This document shows, piece by piece, positions 43,601 through 53,669 of a stretch of DNA of 64,000 nt. A program made the translations under genes and the position numbers. The first letter of the stretch is position 1, and each line of letters starts with the position of its first letter. The DNA comes from an uncultured Verrucomicrobiota bacterium (GTDB lineage Bacteria; Verrucomicrobiota; Verrucomicrobiia; Limisphaerales; UBA8199), in NCBI GenBank assembly GCA_942493075.1, contig OW818681.1, positions 5,379,509 to 5,443,508 of the forward strand, in the 5' to 3' direction. The notes under the pieces are model-generated. The model saw nothing but the letters and a program-made list of their open reading frames with translations, had not been told where the DNA came from and did no database searches.

Positions 43601-46576
43601 CTAGCCGCTCTGCGTCTTGAGGCCTGGAAGGCTTTCACGAAGGTTGCGCCCGAGATCAGTTAAGGCGGCTTCCAGCACGGCCATTTGGGACTGCGCCCGC
43701 TCAAGGTCACCTGCGGCTGCGGCTTTCTCAAGAGTTAGCGCGGCAGCCTCAGCAGGCCTGCCCCAGAACTGGGCGGCCGATCCCTTAATCGTGTGCGCAG
43801 CGGTTCGAACGGCCAGGCAATCCCCGCCCGCCAGCGCTTGCTTTAAGTTCTGAATGAACTTGGGCGTAGTTTCTTCATACAGTTCAACCATGCGTTCGAG
43901 AACCGCTTCATCTCCGCCCAACTCCTGAAGGAGTCGGCCCAGATCCGCCACTGGCTTTGGCGCTTGATTGGTCTCTGACGTTTCAGCATCCGATCTTGCC
44001 TGTGGATTTGCTGGCAGCACTTTTACAAGCGCGTCCACCAACTCTTCCCGGCGGATCGGCTTGGCTATATACTCATCCATTCCGGAGGAGAGGCAGCGTT
44101 CCCGATCCGATTTCATGGCGTGCGCAGTCAGTGCGATCACTGGAATATGGCTCCCGGTGACCTGTTCGCGCTGGCGCAACAGCCTGGTAGCTTCCAGCCC
44201 GTCCATCCCCGGCATTTGAACATCCATCAAAATGACGTCGAACTTGGCATGCTCCAGCGCTGCCAAGGCTTGTCGCCCGTTCCCAGCCGTCAGGACTGAG
44301 TGCCCCATCTTTTCCAGCAACCGGGAAGCGAGCTCCAGGTTGATCGGGTTGTCTTCAGCCACCAGGATTCGGAGCGGACGTCTCGGGAGTCTTGATTTGC
44401 GGGATTTCTCTGAATCGGGCGTCCCCGCCGGCTCTGTACCGGTGGCTGTAAGAATCGTGTTTAGCAGTTCCGATTGGCCCACCGGTTTGACGACGTAGTT
44501 CCCAATTCCGAGCTCGCGGCAGCGAGCAAAATCCTGCGCGCAATTCGCTGAGGAAAGCATCAGCACAAGCCCGGCATGCAGTTCGGGACGCCGGCGGACC
44601 TCATCTACAAGGTTGAACCCGCTCAATCCGGGAAGGCTGGAGTCTACGAGGAGCAGTTGGAAAGGCCTTTCGGCAGCCTGGGCATCGATCATCGCCTGCA
44701 ACCCGGCTGGGCCGTCATTCGCAAGGGTTGCTTCCATATTCCAGTTCAGGCAAAGCTCATGGAGTATTTCACGGCTGGCGGGATGGTCTTCGACGATAAG
44801 AACACGAAGTCCGGAGAAATCGTGGGAGGCTGCGGGCGCCTGGGCTGCGGGGGGAGCCAGAAACGATGCTGTGAAATGAAAATGGCTGCCACGCCCGGGG
44901 CTGCTCTCCACCCAGATCTGACCTCCCATGAGGTGGACCAGCTTGGCGGAGATTGCCAGACCGAGCCCGGTGCCGCCGTAACGACGTGAGATGCTGGTAT
45001 CAGCCTGCATGAAGGGCTGAAAAATAAGCCTCTGTTTTTCGTACGGGATGCCAATTCCGGTATCGCTCACCGTGACGTGCAGAGCTTTCGGATTGCCCAA
45101 GTTGCTGGCAGCTCCAGCCAACGGTGTACGCCGTCGGAAAGAGGTGTCCTGCCCCGCAGTGCCGACTTCCAGGCGCACTTCGCCTCGTTCGGTAAACTTG
45201 ATGGCATTACCGAGCAGGTTGATGATCACCTGGTGCAACCGGCCCGAATCGCCAACCAGATTTTCCGGCACCTCAGGATGAACGCGAAAGCTCAGTTCCA
45301 ACCCCTTTTGCTGTGCCCGCAATCCCAGCATCTTCATCAATCCGGCCAGACTGTCGCGCAGAGCGAAAGGCTCTGACTGCAAATCGATTTTGCCGGCCTC
45401 GATTTTCGAAAAATCCAGGATATCATTAATGATGTCGTGCAGGGCCTCGCCTGAAGTCTTGATTGCCTTGAAGTACGTGCGCTGTTCGGGGGTCAACTGC
45501 GTGTCCAGGCCCAGCTCGGACATGCCGATGATCCCGTTCATCGGCGTCCGAATCTCATGGCTTAAGCTGGCGAGAAACTCACTCTTTGCGCGATTGGCAG
45601 CCTCAGCGGAGTCACACGCGCTGCGGAGGTTTTCGACCATTCGCCAGCGGGCAACGGCTGCCGCAGCACGGTTGGCCAGGGCTCGCAAGAAATCAATGTC
45701 TTCGGGGGCAAAGGGGCGTGCGTGAAAATCCACCGCATAAAGCACCCCGAGCGCTTCTCCTTCTGAAATCAGCGGAACCCCAGCGAAGGCGCGAAATCCG
45801 TAAACGCTGAGCACGAGGTTGCCGGGGAAAGGTTCCTGGACAGCGTCATTTATTACAAGGGGTTCACCATGATCGGTAATCCATCGAATGGCGCCCGATT
45901 CGCGGCTAAGGCGCTCCAAACCCGAGATATCTGAATTCGGCGCGAAACTGGCGCCCTCGGTCAGTACCTTCGTGGTTTGGCCCAGCAACACCACACTCAC
46001 ACCGGCGGAGGCCGGAAGAAGATCGGCCGCGATGTTGACCAGGTGAGCCAATGCCGCCTGCAATTCACCGGGGGTGCTGATGGCTAATTCAACCTGGGCA
46101 AGGGCTGACTGCCGCCGATACTGCCGGTTCAGCCGCCGCTGTTCCTCTAACAGGGCTTGTTCGACGCCTTTATGCTGTGAGATGTTCCACAGCAAACCCG
46201 CCGCAAGCCGGGGCTTTCCGTTCTCAGCTCGTTCCAGCACACTGCCACGGGCGAATGCCCACAGCCAGCCGCCTGCCTGCCGTCTCACGCGGAACTCCGC
46301 TTCAAAAACCATTAGCTTTCCGGCCAAATGGGCTCGCCAATTGTCCTGAACCATTGGCAGGTCTTCGGGATGCACAAGGTCTTCCCATGTGCCCGCGATC
46401 TCGCCTTTCCGCCCTGCAGGAGCTCCTTCGGAAGCCAGCGCGTGAAACGCACGGGTGAGGGTCTCCTCACCCGTGGTGAAGTCCCACGTCCAGGGCAGAA
46501 TACTGGCGGCCCGCAGGCACAGATCAAGCGGTGGCTGATGCTCCTTGTGGTGAGCCTGCGAGCGCTTCTCGGTCAT
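43601..46576 (-). CDS. hybrid sensor histidine kinase: PAS - GAF - HisKA - HATPase_c - REC - REC - HPt
   Basis: The H-box is 'FLASLSHEIRTPMNGIIG'. The ATPase motifs are 'GNAIKFT...DTGIGIP...GGTGLGLAIS'. The receivers are 'LRVLIVEDHP...LLLVDSSLPGLSG' and 'LRILVAEDNPINL...VILMDVQMPGMDG'. The HPt motif is 'AAHTIKGSAAQF'. Confidence 0.9.
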   Translation of the reverse strand: MTEKRSQAHHKEHQPPLDLCLRAASILPWTWDFTTGEETLTRAFHALASEGAPAGRKGEIAGTWEDLVHPEDLPMVQDNWRAHLAGKLMVFEAEFRVRRQAGGWLWAFARGSVLERAENGKPRLAAGLLWNISQHKGVEQALLEEQRRLNRQYRRQSALAQVELAISTPGELQAALAHLVNIAADLLPASAGVSVVLLGQTTKVLTEGASFAPNSDISGLERLSRESGAIRWITDHGEPLVINDAVQEPFPGNLVLSVYGFRAFAGVPLISEGEALGVLYAVDFHARPFAPEDIDFLRALANRAAAAVARWRMVENLRSACDSAEAANRAKSEFLASLSHEIRTPMNGIIGMSELGLDTQLTPEQRTYFKAIKTSGEALHDIINDILDFSKIEAGKIDLQSEPFALRDSLAGLMKMLGLRAQQKGLELSFRVHPEVPENLVGDSGRLHQVIINLLGNAIKFTERGEVRLEVGTAGQDTSFRRRTPLAGAASNLGNPKALHVTVSDTGIGIPYEKQRLIFQPFMQADTSISRRYGGTGLGLAISAKLVHLMGGQIWVESSPGRGSHFHFTASFLAPPAAQAPAASHDFSGLRVLIVEDHPASREILHELCLNWNMEATLANDGPAGLQAMIDAQAAERPFQLLLVDSSLPGLSGFNLVDEVRRRPELHAGLVLMLSSANCAQDFARCRELGIGNYVVKPVGQSELLNTILTATGTEPAGTPDSEKSRKSRLPRRPLRILVAEDNPINLELASRLLEKMGHSVLTAGNGRQALAALEHAKFDVILMDVQMPGMDGLEATRLLRQREQVTGSHIPVIALTAHAMKSDRERCLSSGMDEYIAKPIRREELVDALVKVLPANPQARSDAETSETNQAPKPVADLGRLLQELGGDEAVLERMVELYEETTPKFIQNLKQALAGGDCLAVRTAAHTIKGSAAQFWGRPAEAAALTLEKAAAAGDLERAQSQMAVLEAALTDLGRNLRESLPGLKTQSG

Positions 46577-46578
46577 TC

Positions 46579-47322
46579 TTAGAACTTGTAGGCAACCGCA
46601 GTCACGAGCTTCAGGTCATTCCGATCGCGGCCTTTGGCAGGCACGTTATCATACACATCCTGCAGATAAGTTCGCAGGCTCAACCGCTTGGATAAGGCAG
46701 TCTCCAGGCCGATTTCAGCCGTCATGATGAAGTTTTCAAAATCCTCGATCTCGGGCAGGATTTCCGCCGATTGCCAGATCTTCAGGGTGGTGCTGAACTT
46801 CTTATCAAACCGCTCTGCGAGGCGGAGGGTCAGATAGTTGTTCCGATCACTCCCCACTTTCTCGAACACGTAGCCAGGACCCACTTCAGCCCGGAGACTG
46901 GTATCCTCATTCTTGATGAAGTAATAACCGGCACCAGGGCTGAGCGCCAAACGGTACTCAACGTCTGCAATCGCGTCATGCACGGCATCCACGCGCATGT
47001 AGCCGAAAAAGCGTTCCGTGAAGAGTCTGTTATACTGGGCATAACCCCTGAGCTGTTCAGCGCTCTTCTCGTCCCGATCCTCGGCGTAAACTCCGCTCGC
47101 GCCCATGCTCAGCTCGTTCTTCTCCCACTTCCGGGCAGTTTGGACATCTCCGATGATGTTCATCGTTTCCGTGTTGCCGCGGGTCAGTGTCAGACCCAGG
47201 GAGGCACTGCTGTCCCACAGGCTTTTGGGTGTGGACGGCGCCCCGGCATCTGTTGCCTGGCCGAAAGCCGCACCCGCCCCTAAACTCAGCGCCAGTCCGA
47301 TTGTGGTTAGTTTCTGATTCAT
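46579..47322 (-). CDS. DUF481-family outer-membrane beta-barrel protein (YdiY-like)
   Basis: Signal peptide 'MNQKLTTIGLALSLGAGAAFGQ'. 'ASLGLTLTRGNTET', alternating beta-strand patterning and a C-terminal '...VTAVAYKF' are present. Its stop is 2 nt from the kinase start. Confidence 0.8.
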   Translation of the reverse strand: MNQKLTTIGLALSLGAGAAFGQATDAGAPSTPKSLWDSSASLGLTLTRGNTETMNIIGDVQTARKWEKNELSMGASGVYAEDRDEKSAEQLRGYAQYNRLFTERFFGYMRVDAVHDAIADVEYRLALSPGAGYYFIKNEDTSLRAEVGPGYVFEKVGSDRNNYLTLRLAERFDKKFSTTLKIWQSAEILPEIEDFENFIMTAEIGLETALSKRLSLRTYLQDVYDNVPAKGRDRNDLKLVTAVAYKF

Positions 47323-47615
47323 TGTCTTTTAGCTTGGTTTTTGTTGCCCGTTCTCCGCCCCTTCGGTGATATCGAACTTACGTCATCGCCGCAAAAAGCG
47401 ATGCTCCATTCACCAGCGGATTTAGGGGTTATCGTAGCCCAATATTCGCTGCTGGCAACCGAAAGATGGACCGTTTGCCGCCCCTCACTAAGCTCACAAA
47501 AGGCAGCGTCCTTTCTGCTTTGAACGTGGTGAGGAGTGTCCGCTGCATGCGCTCATGCCGGGCAGGACTAAAATGCTTGCTTCCCCGGGGTGCAAATGGG
47601 AAATTATTTTACCGC

Positions 47616-50600
47616 ATGACCTCACATCTTCACTTTCGGCTCAGCCGGCCGGTGGCCTCCACATTTCTCCTGTTGCTAAGCCTGGCGTGCTCCGCTTTAT
47701 TGGCCCGCGCGCAGTCCACCACCCCGGAGTTCCGTGGATTCTGGGTCGATAGCTGGGGGAGCGAACTCTGGACCGCCCCCGCCATCTCCAACGTGATCCG
47801 CACGACCCGCTCGGCGAATATGAATGCGCTGGTCGTGCAGATGCGGCGCCGCGGGGATGCGCTTTACAACTCGCATTATGAACCCAAATGCAAGGATATC
47901 GCGGCCAATTTCGATCCGCTGGCTGAACTCATAGCGCGCGCCAAAGACACCAACGGTCCGGCAGTTGAGGTCCATGCATGGATGGTCACCTATCACATTT
48001 ATAAAGGCTCCACGCCTCCGGCTTCCCAACCCACGCATCCATTAAAGCTGCATCCTGACTGGCTGCTTAAGGATATCAATGGCAACACCGTCATTAATGG
48101 AGAGTACACCTTCGACCCCGGCCATCCTGAGGTGCAAAAGCACACCTTCAACGTGGCGATGGATATTATCACTAACTACATGGTGGACGGTCTGAACTTC
48201 GATTATATCCGCTATTCAAGCGCCAGCGAAGGTTACAACGACGTCACAGTTGCCCGTTTCAACCGATTGTTCAACCGGACTGGCGTGCCCGCAACAGGGG
48301 ATGCTCTCTGGAAGCAATTCCGCCGTGACCAGGTGACCTCCTTGCTGCGGAAAGTTTATCTCCACGCGATTACTTACCGGCCCGAGGTGAAGATTTCTTG
48401 CGATACGATTACATGGGCGCCAGGCCCTACGGACGATCAAACCTGGTACAACTCGTCAGCGGCCTGGAACAGTATCATGCAGGATTGGCGGGGATGGATG
48501 GAGGAAGGAATCCTGGACATTAACATGCCCATGAACTATTTCCGCCAGCACACCCATCCGCAGGATTACCTCAACTGGCTGAACTTTGCCAAAGACCGAA
48601 AGTTTAACCGGCACCTGGTCAACGGACCGGGGATCTACCTCAATTACACCAGCAATGCCATCGCGCAAATGCGCATGTCCCGGGATCTAAGTCCAGGCGG
48701 GAACAGGGCTGAAGGCGTCTGCGGTTATAGCTATAAAGTCACCAACAACGAGGGTGTTTCTCGCGCCGACTTCATCAATTCGCTCGTGGCCTTGAGCGAA
48801 TACGACCCTGTCATGCCGCCGATGTTCGGAAAACCGGTTCCGACGCCCACGATGCCTTGGAAAACCGCTCCCACCCGCGGCCACCTCAAAGGCTTCGTGT
48901 TTGGGGATAGCCCCGCGAACGCGTTGGATGGTGCGGTGGTTATTCTCACTGGACCTTCTTCGCGCGCTCAGACCAACGACGCCACCGGTTTCTACGGGTT
49001 TGTGGATTTGACGCCTGGCACATACACAGTCTCAGCCACATTCCCGGGCTACCTCCCCACCACGAACCAAGTGAGTGTGAGCGTCGGGCAGGTCCAAACA
49101 GCCGACATCAGCCTCATGCTGATTAGGGCGCCTGTTATCATTCAGGAACCGCTCTCAACGAACGGCTATATTGGAAGCAACGTCACTTTCAACGTTACCG
49201 CTAACGGAACCCAGCCGTTGAGCTATCAATGGCGTTTTGAAGGCTTGGATTTGCCTCAGGGGACCAACTCCTGGTTGACGTTGGGCCAGCTTTCGACCAA
49301 TAGCACGGGGTCGTATGATGTGGTTATCACTAACAACTATGGTTCCGTCACAAGCACTGTGGCGGTCCTCCAAGTGGTGCCACCTCCTCCTCCTTCACGC
49401 GTGGGCGTGATCTGGCACTTAGCTCCCCAAACCCGCCCGTATCTGACCGTCAACAGCCTGCCCCTGGAGCGCGGGCTCGCTTATAACAAAGCAACTGACC
49501 GACTCCTCATCGTCAGCCGCTCAGGCCCGCATGTTTACGCACTCAACTCGCAAACGGGTAGTGATCTGCATGAACTAAACGTCACGGGGGTAGTCGGCGG
49601 CACCTATCCACTGCTGATGGTCGGCGCTGCTGATGACGGGGCCGTTTACGCTGCGAACCTGACTACCGATGGCTCGACTTCGCCCTTTCGGCTGTACCGC
49701 TGGGCAAATGATAGCGCGGATACAACTCCGACACTGGCCTATTCGGGAAATCCGACTCCAGGCATCAGCCTCCGTTGGGGTGATACGTTGGATGTACGCG
49801 GCAGCGGCAGCGGGACCCAGGTGCTGATTGGATCGCGCCAGGGCACGAACGCGGTTGTGTTCACAACCACGGATGGAACCACCTTTACCGCAAACAGTGT
49901 CAGTATTACCGGAGCTGCGGGCGGGGACTTTGGACTCGGCATCGCCTTTGCCGAGGGCGACACCTTCTGGGGCAAGGCCAACGGCCGCTCTCTGCGGCAG
50001 TTCAGCTATGACCTGGCTGTGGGAACGGGCGCCGTTCTTCGGGCGCATGGATCGCCAGGGGTGCCAAACGCCGTTTCCCCCATTGGTTACAGCCCGGACC
50101 TGAAGATGCTCGCGGGCATCAATGTCTCCTCAGTGAATCACGTGCGAGTCTATGAGATACCCGTGGGCTCGGAAACGCCCGTGCTCATCGCGACGAATGC
50201 CTTTGCGACTGACAATGACAATACGTCGGCAGGAACTGGTGCAGTGGACTTTGGCGGGGATCGGCTGTTCGCCCTGGATTCGAACAATGGTTTGATGGCG
50301 ATGACCATTGCGCGGCCACCCACTATCTCCATCGCCCCACACGATCTCGATATCTATCAGGGAGCCCAAGCGCTCCTTTCCGTGGAGAATGGTGGATCAT
50401 TGCCATTCGGCTATCAATGGTGGTTCAACAACGCGCCCCTTGTAGAGGCAACCAACAGCACACTAACCCGCGCACCTGCCCTTGCAGCACACTCCGGCCT
50501 GTACTTCGTGGTCGTTACGAATGTAGCCGGCGCAGTGACCAGCAGTCCCGCCGAGTTGTTGGTGAGAATCCCGCAAACGCCGGCTTTCTCTCAGCTCGTG

Positions 50601-50789
50601 ATGCCAGCCGACGGCCCTATTTCGATCAAAGGAGCAGGCTCTCCCGGGCAGTATGTCATTGAATTCTCGGAGAATCTGGTCGATTGGCAGGAGCTGATAA
50701 CGATCCCCAGCACCGATGGCAGCTTCAACTATTGGGATCCCGAGAGCTCACGAACGCGCCGGTTTTATCGGGTGCACTGGGAGCCCTGA
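47616..50789 (+). CDS. secreted GHL10 (DUF187/YngK-like glycoside-hydrolase-like) protein with carboxypeptidase-regulatory-like, Ig I-set and propeller-like domains and a C-terminal R[FY][FY]-type module
   Basis: Start moved to ATG 47616, giving a signal peptide ending '...LLLLSLACSALLARAQS'. GHL10 motifs are 'FRGFWVDSWG...NALVVQMRRRGDALYNSHYEP'. 'GFYGFVDLTPGTYTVSA' is also present. The Ig module is 'YQWRFEGLDL...GSYDVVITNNYGSVTS'. The tail is 'QYVIEFSENLVDWQEL...RRFYRVHWEP'. Confidence 0.85.
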   Translation: MTSHLHFRLSRPVASTFLLLLSLACSALLARAQSTTPEFRGFWVDSWGSELWTAPAISNVIRTTRSANMNALVVQMRRRGDALYNSHYEPKCKDIAANFDPLAELIARAKDTNGPAVEVHAWMVTYHIYKGSTPPASQPTHPLKLHPDWLLKDINGNTVINGEYTFDPGHPEVQKHTFNVAMDIITNYMVDGLNFDYIRYSSASEGYNDVTVARFNRLFNRTGVPATGDALWKQFRRDQVTSLLRKVYLHAITYRPEVKISCDTITWAPGPTDDQTWYNSSAAWNSIMQDWRGWMEEGILDINMPMNYFRQHTHPQDYLNWLNFAKDRKFNRHLVNGPGIYLNYTSNAIAQMRMSRDLSPGGNRAEGVCGYSYKVTNNEGVSRADFINSLVALSEYDPVMPPMFGKPVPTPTMPWKTAPTRGHLKGFVFGDSPANALDGAVVILTGPSSRAQTNDATGFYGFVDLTPGTYTVSATFPGYLPTTNQVSVSVGQVQTADISLMLIRAPVIIQEPLSTNGYIGSNVTFNVTANGTQPLSYQWRFEGLDLPQGTNSWLTLGQLSTNSTGSYDVVITNNYGSVTSTVAVLQVVPPPPPSRVGVIWHLAPQTRPYLTVNSLPLERGLAYNKATDRLLIVSRSGPHVYALNSQTGSDLHELNVTGVVGGTYPLLMVGAADDGAVYAANLTTDGSTSPFRLYRWANDSADTTPTLAYSGNPTPGISLRWGDTLDVRGSGSGTQVLIGSRQGTNAVVFTTTDGTTFTANSVSITGAAGGDFGLGIAFAEGDTFWGKANGRSLRQFSYDLAVGTGAVLRAHGSPGVPNAVSPIGYSPDLKMLAGINVSSVNHVRVYEIPVGSETPVLIATNAFATDNDNTSAGTGAVDFGGDRLFALDSNNGLMAMTIARPPTISIAPHDLDIYQGAQALLSVENGGSLPFGYQWWFNNAPLVEATNSTLTRAPALAAHSGLYFVVVTNVAGAVTSSPAELLVRIPQTPAFSQLVMPADGPISIKGAGSPGQYVIEFSENLVDWQELITIPSTDGSFNYWDPESSRTRRFYRVHWEP

Positions 50790-50811
50790 CCGCCACTGAG
50801 CCAGCGCGAGG

Positions 50812-51522
50812 TTAAGGCAGTTCGCGCACGCGGAGATCTTGAAACTCTATCGGGGCGCCTTCCGATTCCAGGCAAAGATAGCCAGAAGCCGGTTGAGCCC
50901 CTGATCCGCCTGAGACTTCCTCTCCGTTGACCCAGAGCCGCACCTCACCATTGATGCAGCGGACATAATAATGGTTCCATTCCCCTACCCCGCGGCTGAG
51001 CTGTTTGCGGGGAAAACTCCGGGCACCGTTTGGCGAAGTTGGAGGAAAAGGAATCAGTTTGGAACTCCCGACAGGGAAGATGTCGCCGTTGGTTGTAAAC
51101 CAGTCGCCCTTTTGGCCGCTCGATTTCTCGTATTTCTCAATGTACCCATGATCCAGCATCTGGACTTCAATGCCCTGGGTGGGGAGCTTGCCCGGGACGA
51201 GTCCCTCCAATCCGGCTGCGCCGGCCCAGACGAACATACCGGAATTGCCGCCGGATTCCATGTGCCGCCACCGGACCACAGCCTCGAAATTGGTGAAGGT
51301 CTGCACGGTCCGCATGACCCCGATCGGCTGGCCAGTGCAACGAATACTATTCTCTGAGAAACTCCAGGTGTTACTAGCGCAGTTCACATTTGTAAAATCG
51401 GCTTGGCCCAGGGTCCGCCACCCCGGACCGGTGCCATCAATGAATGCTTTGGAGGCAGGTTCAGCAGCCATCAAAGGCAACATGCCGCAGCACACAAGCG
51501 CGAGGATAGATTTGAAAGGCAT
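50812..51522 (-). CDS. DUF1080 (3-keto-disaccharide hydrolase-like) domain protein
   Basis: Start moved to ATG 51522, giving the signal peptide 'MPFKSILALVCCGMLPLMAA'. 'FTNFEAVVRWRH...GNSGMFVW', 'NHYYVRCINGEVRLWVNGEEV' and 'GYLCLESEGAPIEFQDLRVREL' are present. Confidence 0.85.
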   Translation of the reverse strand: MPFKSILALVCCGMLPLMAAEPASKAFIDGTGPGWRTLGQADFTNVNCASNTWSFSENSIRCTGQPIGVMRTVQTFTNFEAVVRWRHMESGGNSGMFVWAGAAGLEGLVPGKLPTQGIEVQMLDHGYIEKYEKSSGQKGDWFTTNGDIFPVGSSKLIPFPPTSPNGARSFPRKQLSRGVGEWNHYYVRCINGEVRLWVNGEEVSGGSGAQPASGYLCLESEGAPIEFQDLRVRELP

Positions 51523-51874
51523 GCGGCAAGTTATTAGCCGCGCGAGTGCAGGACAAGCTCGTAAAAGCCTGACATTCGATTGCTGGAATCCCGACAGAAC
51601 CGGAATCCGTATTGTTGGTAACAAGCGGGCCTTTATTGATCGTTCCTCGTTCCTCGGGGCTGGTGCGAAACAGTGCCAACCCCGAAGAACCAGGAACTGT
51701 TTTTGTTTTGATTGGAGACTTTCCAAAGGTGCTGCCGGACCGCGAGGTGCCGGAAAGCTACTCATAAAAATAATGTCCAAGCACCTAAGGCAACGGATTG
51801 ACATCTCCTATGAGCCCGGTACCCTGTCGTTTAGCTCTTCACGCGCATGTCGTGTCTAGTGCGAAAAGCAAGCC

Positions 51875-53590
51875 GTGGCTGAAAAAGACGATTATTTGGT
51901 AGATATTCTGGTGGATCTCGGGTTCGTTACCCCCGATAAGGTTGATGAACTCCGCCCCGAAGCCCTATCCGCCGGGGTAGGACTAGTAGATCTGATGGTG
52001 GCCAACAAGTTGGTCCGCCAGGCAGATGTCACCCAGGCCAAAGCGGCTCACTTCGGAGCTGAGGTGGTTAACCTCTCCGAGGTAAAGATCGAGGACGAGG
52101 TGATTCAGGCGGTGCCACGCCACGTGGCACGCAAATACCGGGTGGTGCCTGTTTTTAAACACGATGGTTCCATCACAGTTGCCCTTGCCGACCCGTCCGA
52201 CCTCGCCACAATCGATAGCTTAGCTCACCTTCTCCACGCCGACATCACCATCCAGGTAGCCTCTGAATCCGATATCGAGGCAGCCTTGTCGAAGTATTAT
52301 GGCGGCGAGCGCGGTGGCATGAGCGCGGACCCGCGCCTGAAGGAGACCATCGAGGAGCTGACCCGCGAGCATGTCGTCGTTGAGGCGGCTGCCGCAGCGG
52401 ACGGCGCCACTGTTCAGGCTGACGCTCCGCTGATCAAACTGGTCAATTCGTTGATCATTGAGGCTTTCAAATTGCGTGCCTCAGATATTCATCTGGAGCC
52501 GCTCGATAAGAAATTTCGAGTTCGTTACCGCATTGACGGTGTGCTTCATGAGATGAAGTCTCCGCCCAAGCGCTTGCAGGCGGCCATCGTCAGTCGGCTG
52601 AAGATTCAGTCGAACATGTCGATTTCCGAGCACCGGATTCCCCAAGACGGTCGTATCCAGACCCAGGTAGGAGCCAAAACGATCGATTTGCGTGTGTCCT
52701 GTCTGCCCACAAACCACGGCGAAAGTATCGTCATGCGTATTCTGGACAAGGAAGGGCTGCGGCTCGGCTTGCCGGAATTGGGCTTTTTTACGGACGACCA
52801 GCAAACGTTCGAACGGTTGATTGGTTTGCCGGACGGCATCCTGCTGGTAACCGGACCTACCGGTTCAGGCAAGACCACCACGCTTTATTCGTGTCTGCAC
52901 TTCATCAACCGCCCGGACCGCAAGATCATCACGGTCGAAGATCCTGTTGAGTATTTGCTGGCGGGCATTAACCAGGTGCAAGTGAACGAGCCCGTAGGGC
53001 TAACGTTTGGCGCGGCATTACGCTCTATTCTGCGCCAGGCGCCCAACGTGATCATGATTGGTGAAATTCGTGACTTGGAGACAGCCTCCATCGCGATCAA
53101 TGCGTCGCTGACCGGTCACTTGGTCTTTTCGACGCTGCACACCAACGATGCGCCGAGCGCGGTCACGCGTCTCATTGATATCGGAGTGAAGCCCTTCCTT
53201 GTGGCCTCTTCCACCCGCGCGCTGATGGCCCAACGTCTGGTGCGTAAGATTTGCAAGCAATGCGCCGCGCCTAAGATGCTAACTGAGGCGGAGTTGCGCA
53301 CGCTGAACCTGGACGCCGCCACGATTAAGAATGCCAATTTCATGGGGGGCCGGGGTTGCGCCAATTGCTCCAATACCGGTTACCGAGGCCGGTTTGGGAT
53401 ATTTGAGGTTTTCGTCATTGATGACGATTCGCGGAAGCTTATCTACGAGAAAGTGCCATCTTCCGTGCTCCGCACGCGGGCGCGGGAGGCCGGTATGAGG
53501 TCCCTGCGTGAAGACGGAATTCGCAAGGTGATCGCCGGCCTTACCAGTGCCGAGGAAGTTATTCGCGCGACCGTGGGGGATGAAGAATGA
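51875..53590 (+). CDS. GspE/PilB-family type II/IV filament assembly ATPase (copy 1)
   Basis: GTG start. T2SSE_N-like N-terminus. Walker A is 'GPTGSGKTT'. 'APNVIMIGEIRD', '[13 protein letters not shown]' and the tetracysteine 'CKQCAAP...GCANCSNTGYRGR' are present. Confidence 0.9.
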   Translation: MAEKDDYLVDILVDLGFVTPDKVDELRPEALSAGVGLVDLMVANKLVRQADVTQAKAAHFGAEVVNLSEVKIEDEVIQAVPRHVARKYRVVPVFKHDGSITVALADPSDLATIDSLAHLLHADITIQVASESDIEAALSKYYGGERGGMSADPRLKETIEELTREHVVVEAAAAADGATVQADAPLIKLVNSLIIEAFKLRASDIHLEPLDKKFRVRYRIDGVLHEMKSPPKRLQAAIVSRLKIQSNMSISEHRIPQDGRIQTQVGAKTIDLRVSCLPTNHGESIVMRILDKEGLRLGLPELGFFTDDQQTFERLIGLPDGILLVTGPTGSGKTTTLYSCLHFINRPDRKIITVEDPVEYLLAGINQVQVNEPVGLTFGAALRSILRQAPNVIMIGEIRDLETASIAINASLTGHLVFSTLHTNDAPSAVTRLIDIGVKPFLVASSTRALMAQRLVRKICKQCAAPKMLTEAELRTLNLDAATIKNANFMGGRGCANCSNTGYRGRFGIFEVFVIDDDSRKLIYEKVPSSVLRTRAREAGMRSLREDGIRKVIAGLTSAEEVIRATVGDEE

Positions 53591-53669
53591 AGCCGGTTTG
53601 ACCCGTGAGGTGTTCCCGTTTCCCTGGTCTAATCTATTAACATTACGCACCGTCTGAATTGGATTTAAG

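Noticed and set aside
51875-52060. Possible MshEN-type c-di-GMP-binding motif in the N-terminus of PilB copy 1.
   Set aside because: 'YLVDILVDLGFVTPDKVDELRPEA' fits the RLGxxL(L/V/I)xxG(L/V/I)(I/L)xxxxLxxxLxxQ consensus only loosely (Arg, the second Leu and Gln are missing). It is treated as a generic T2SSE_N domain.
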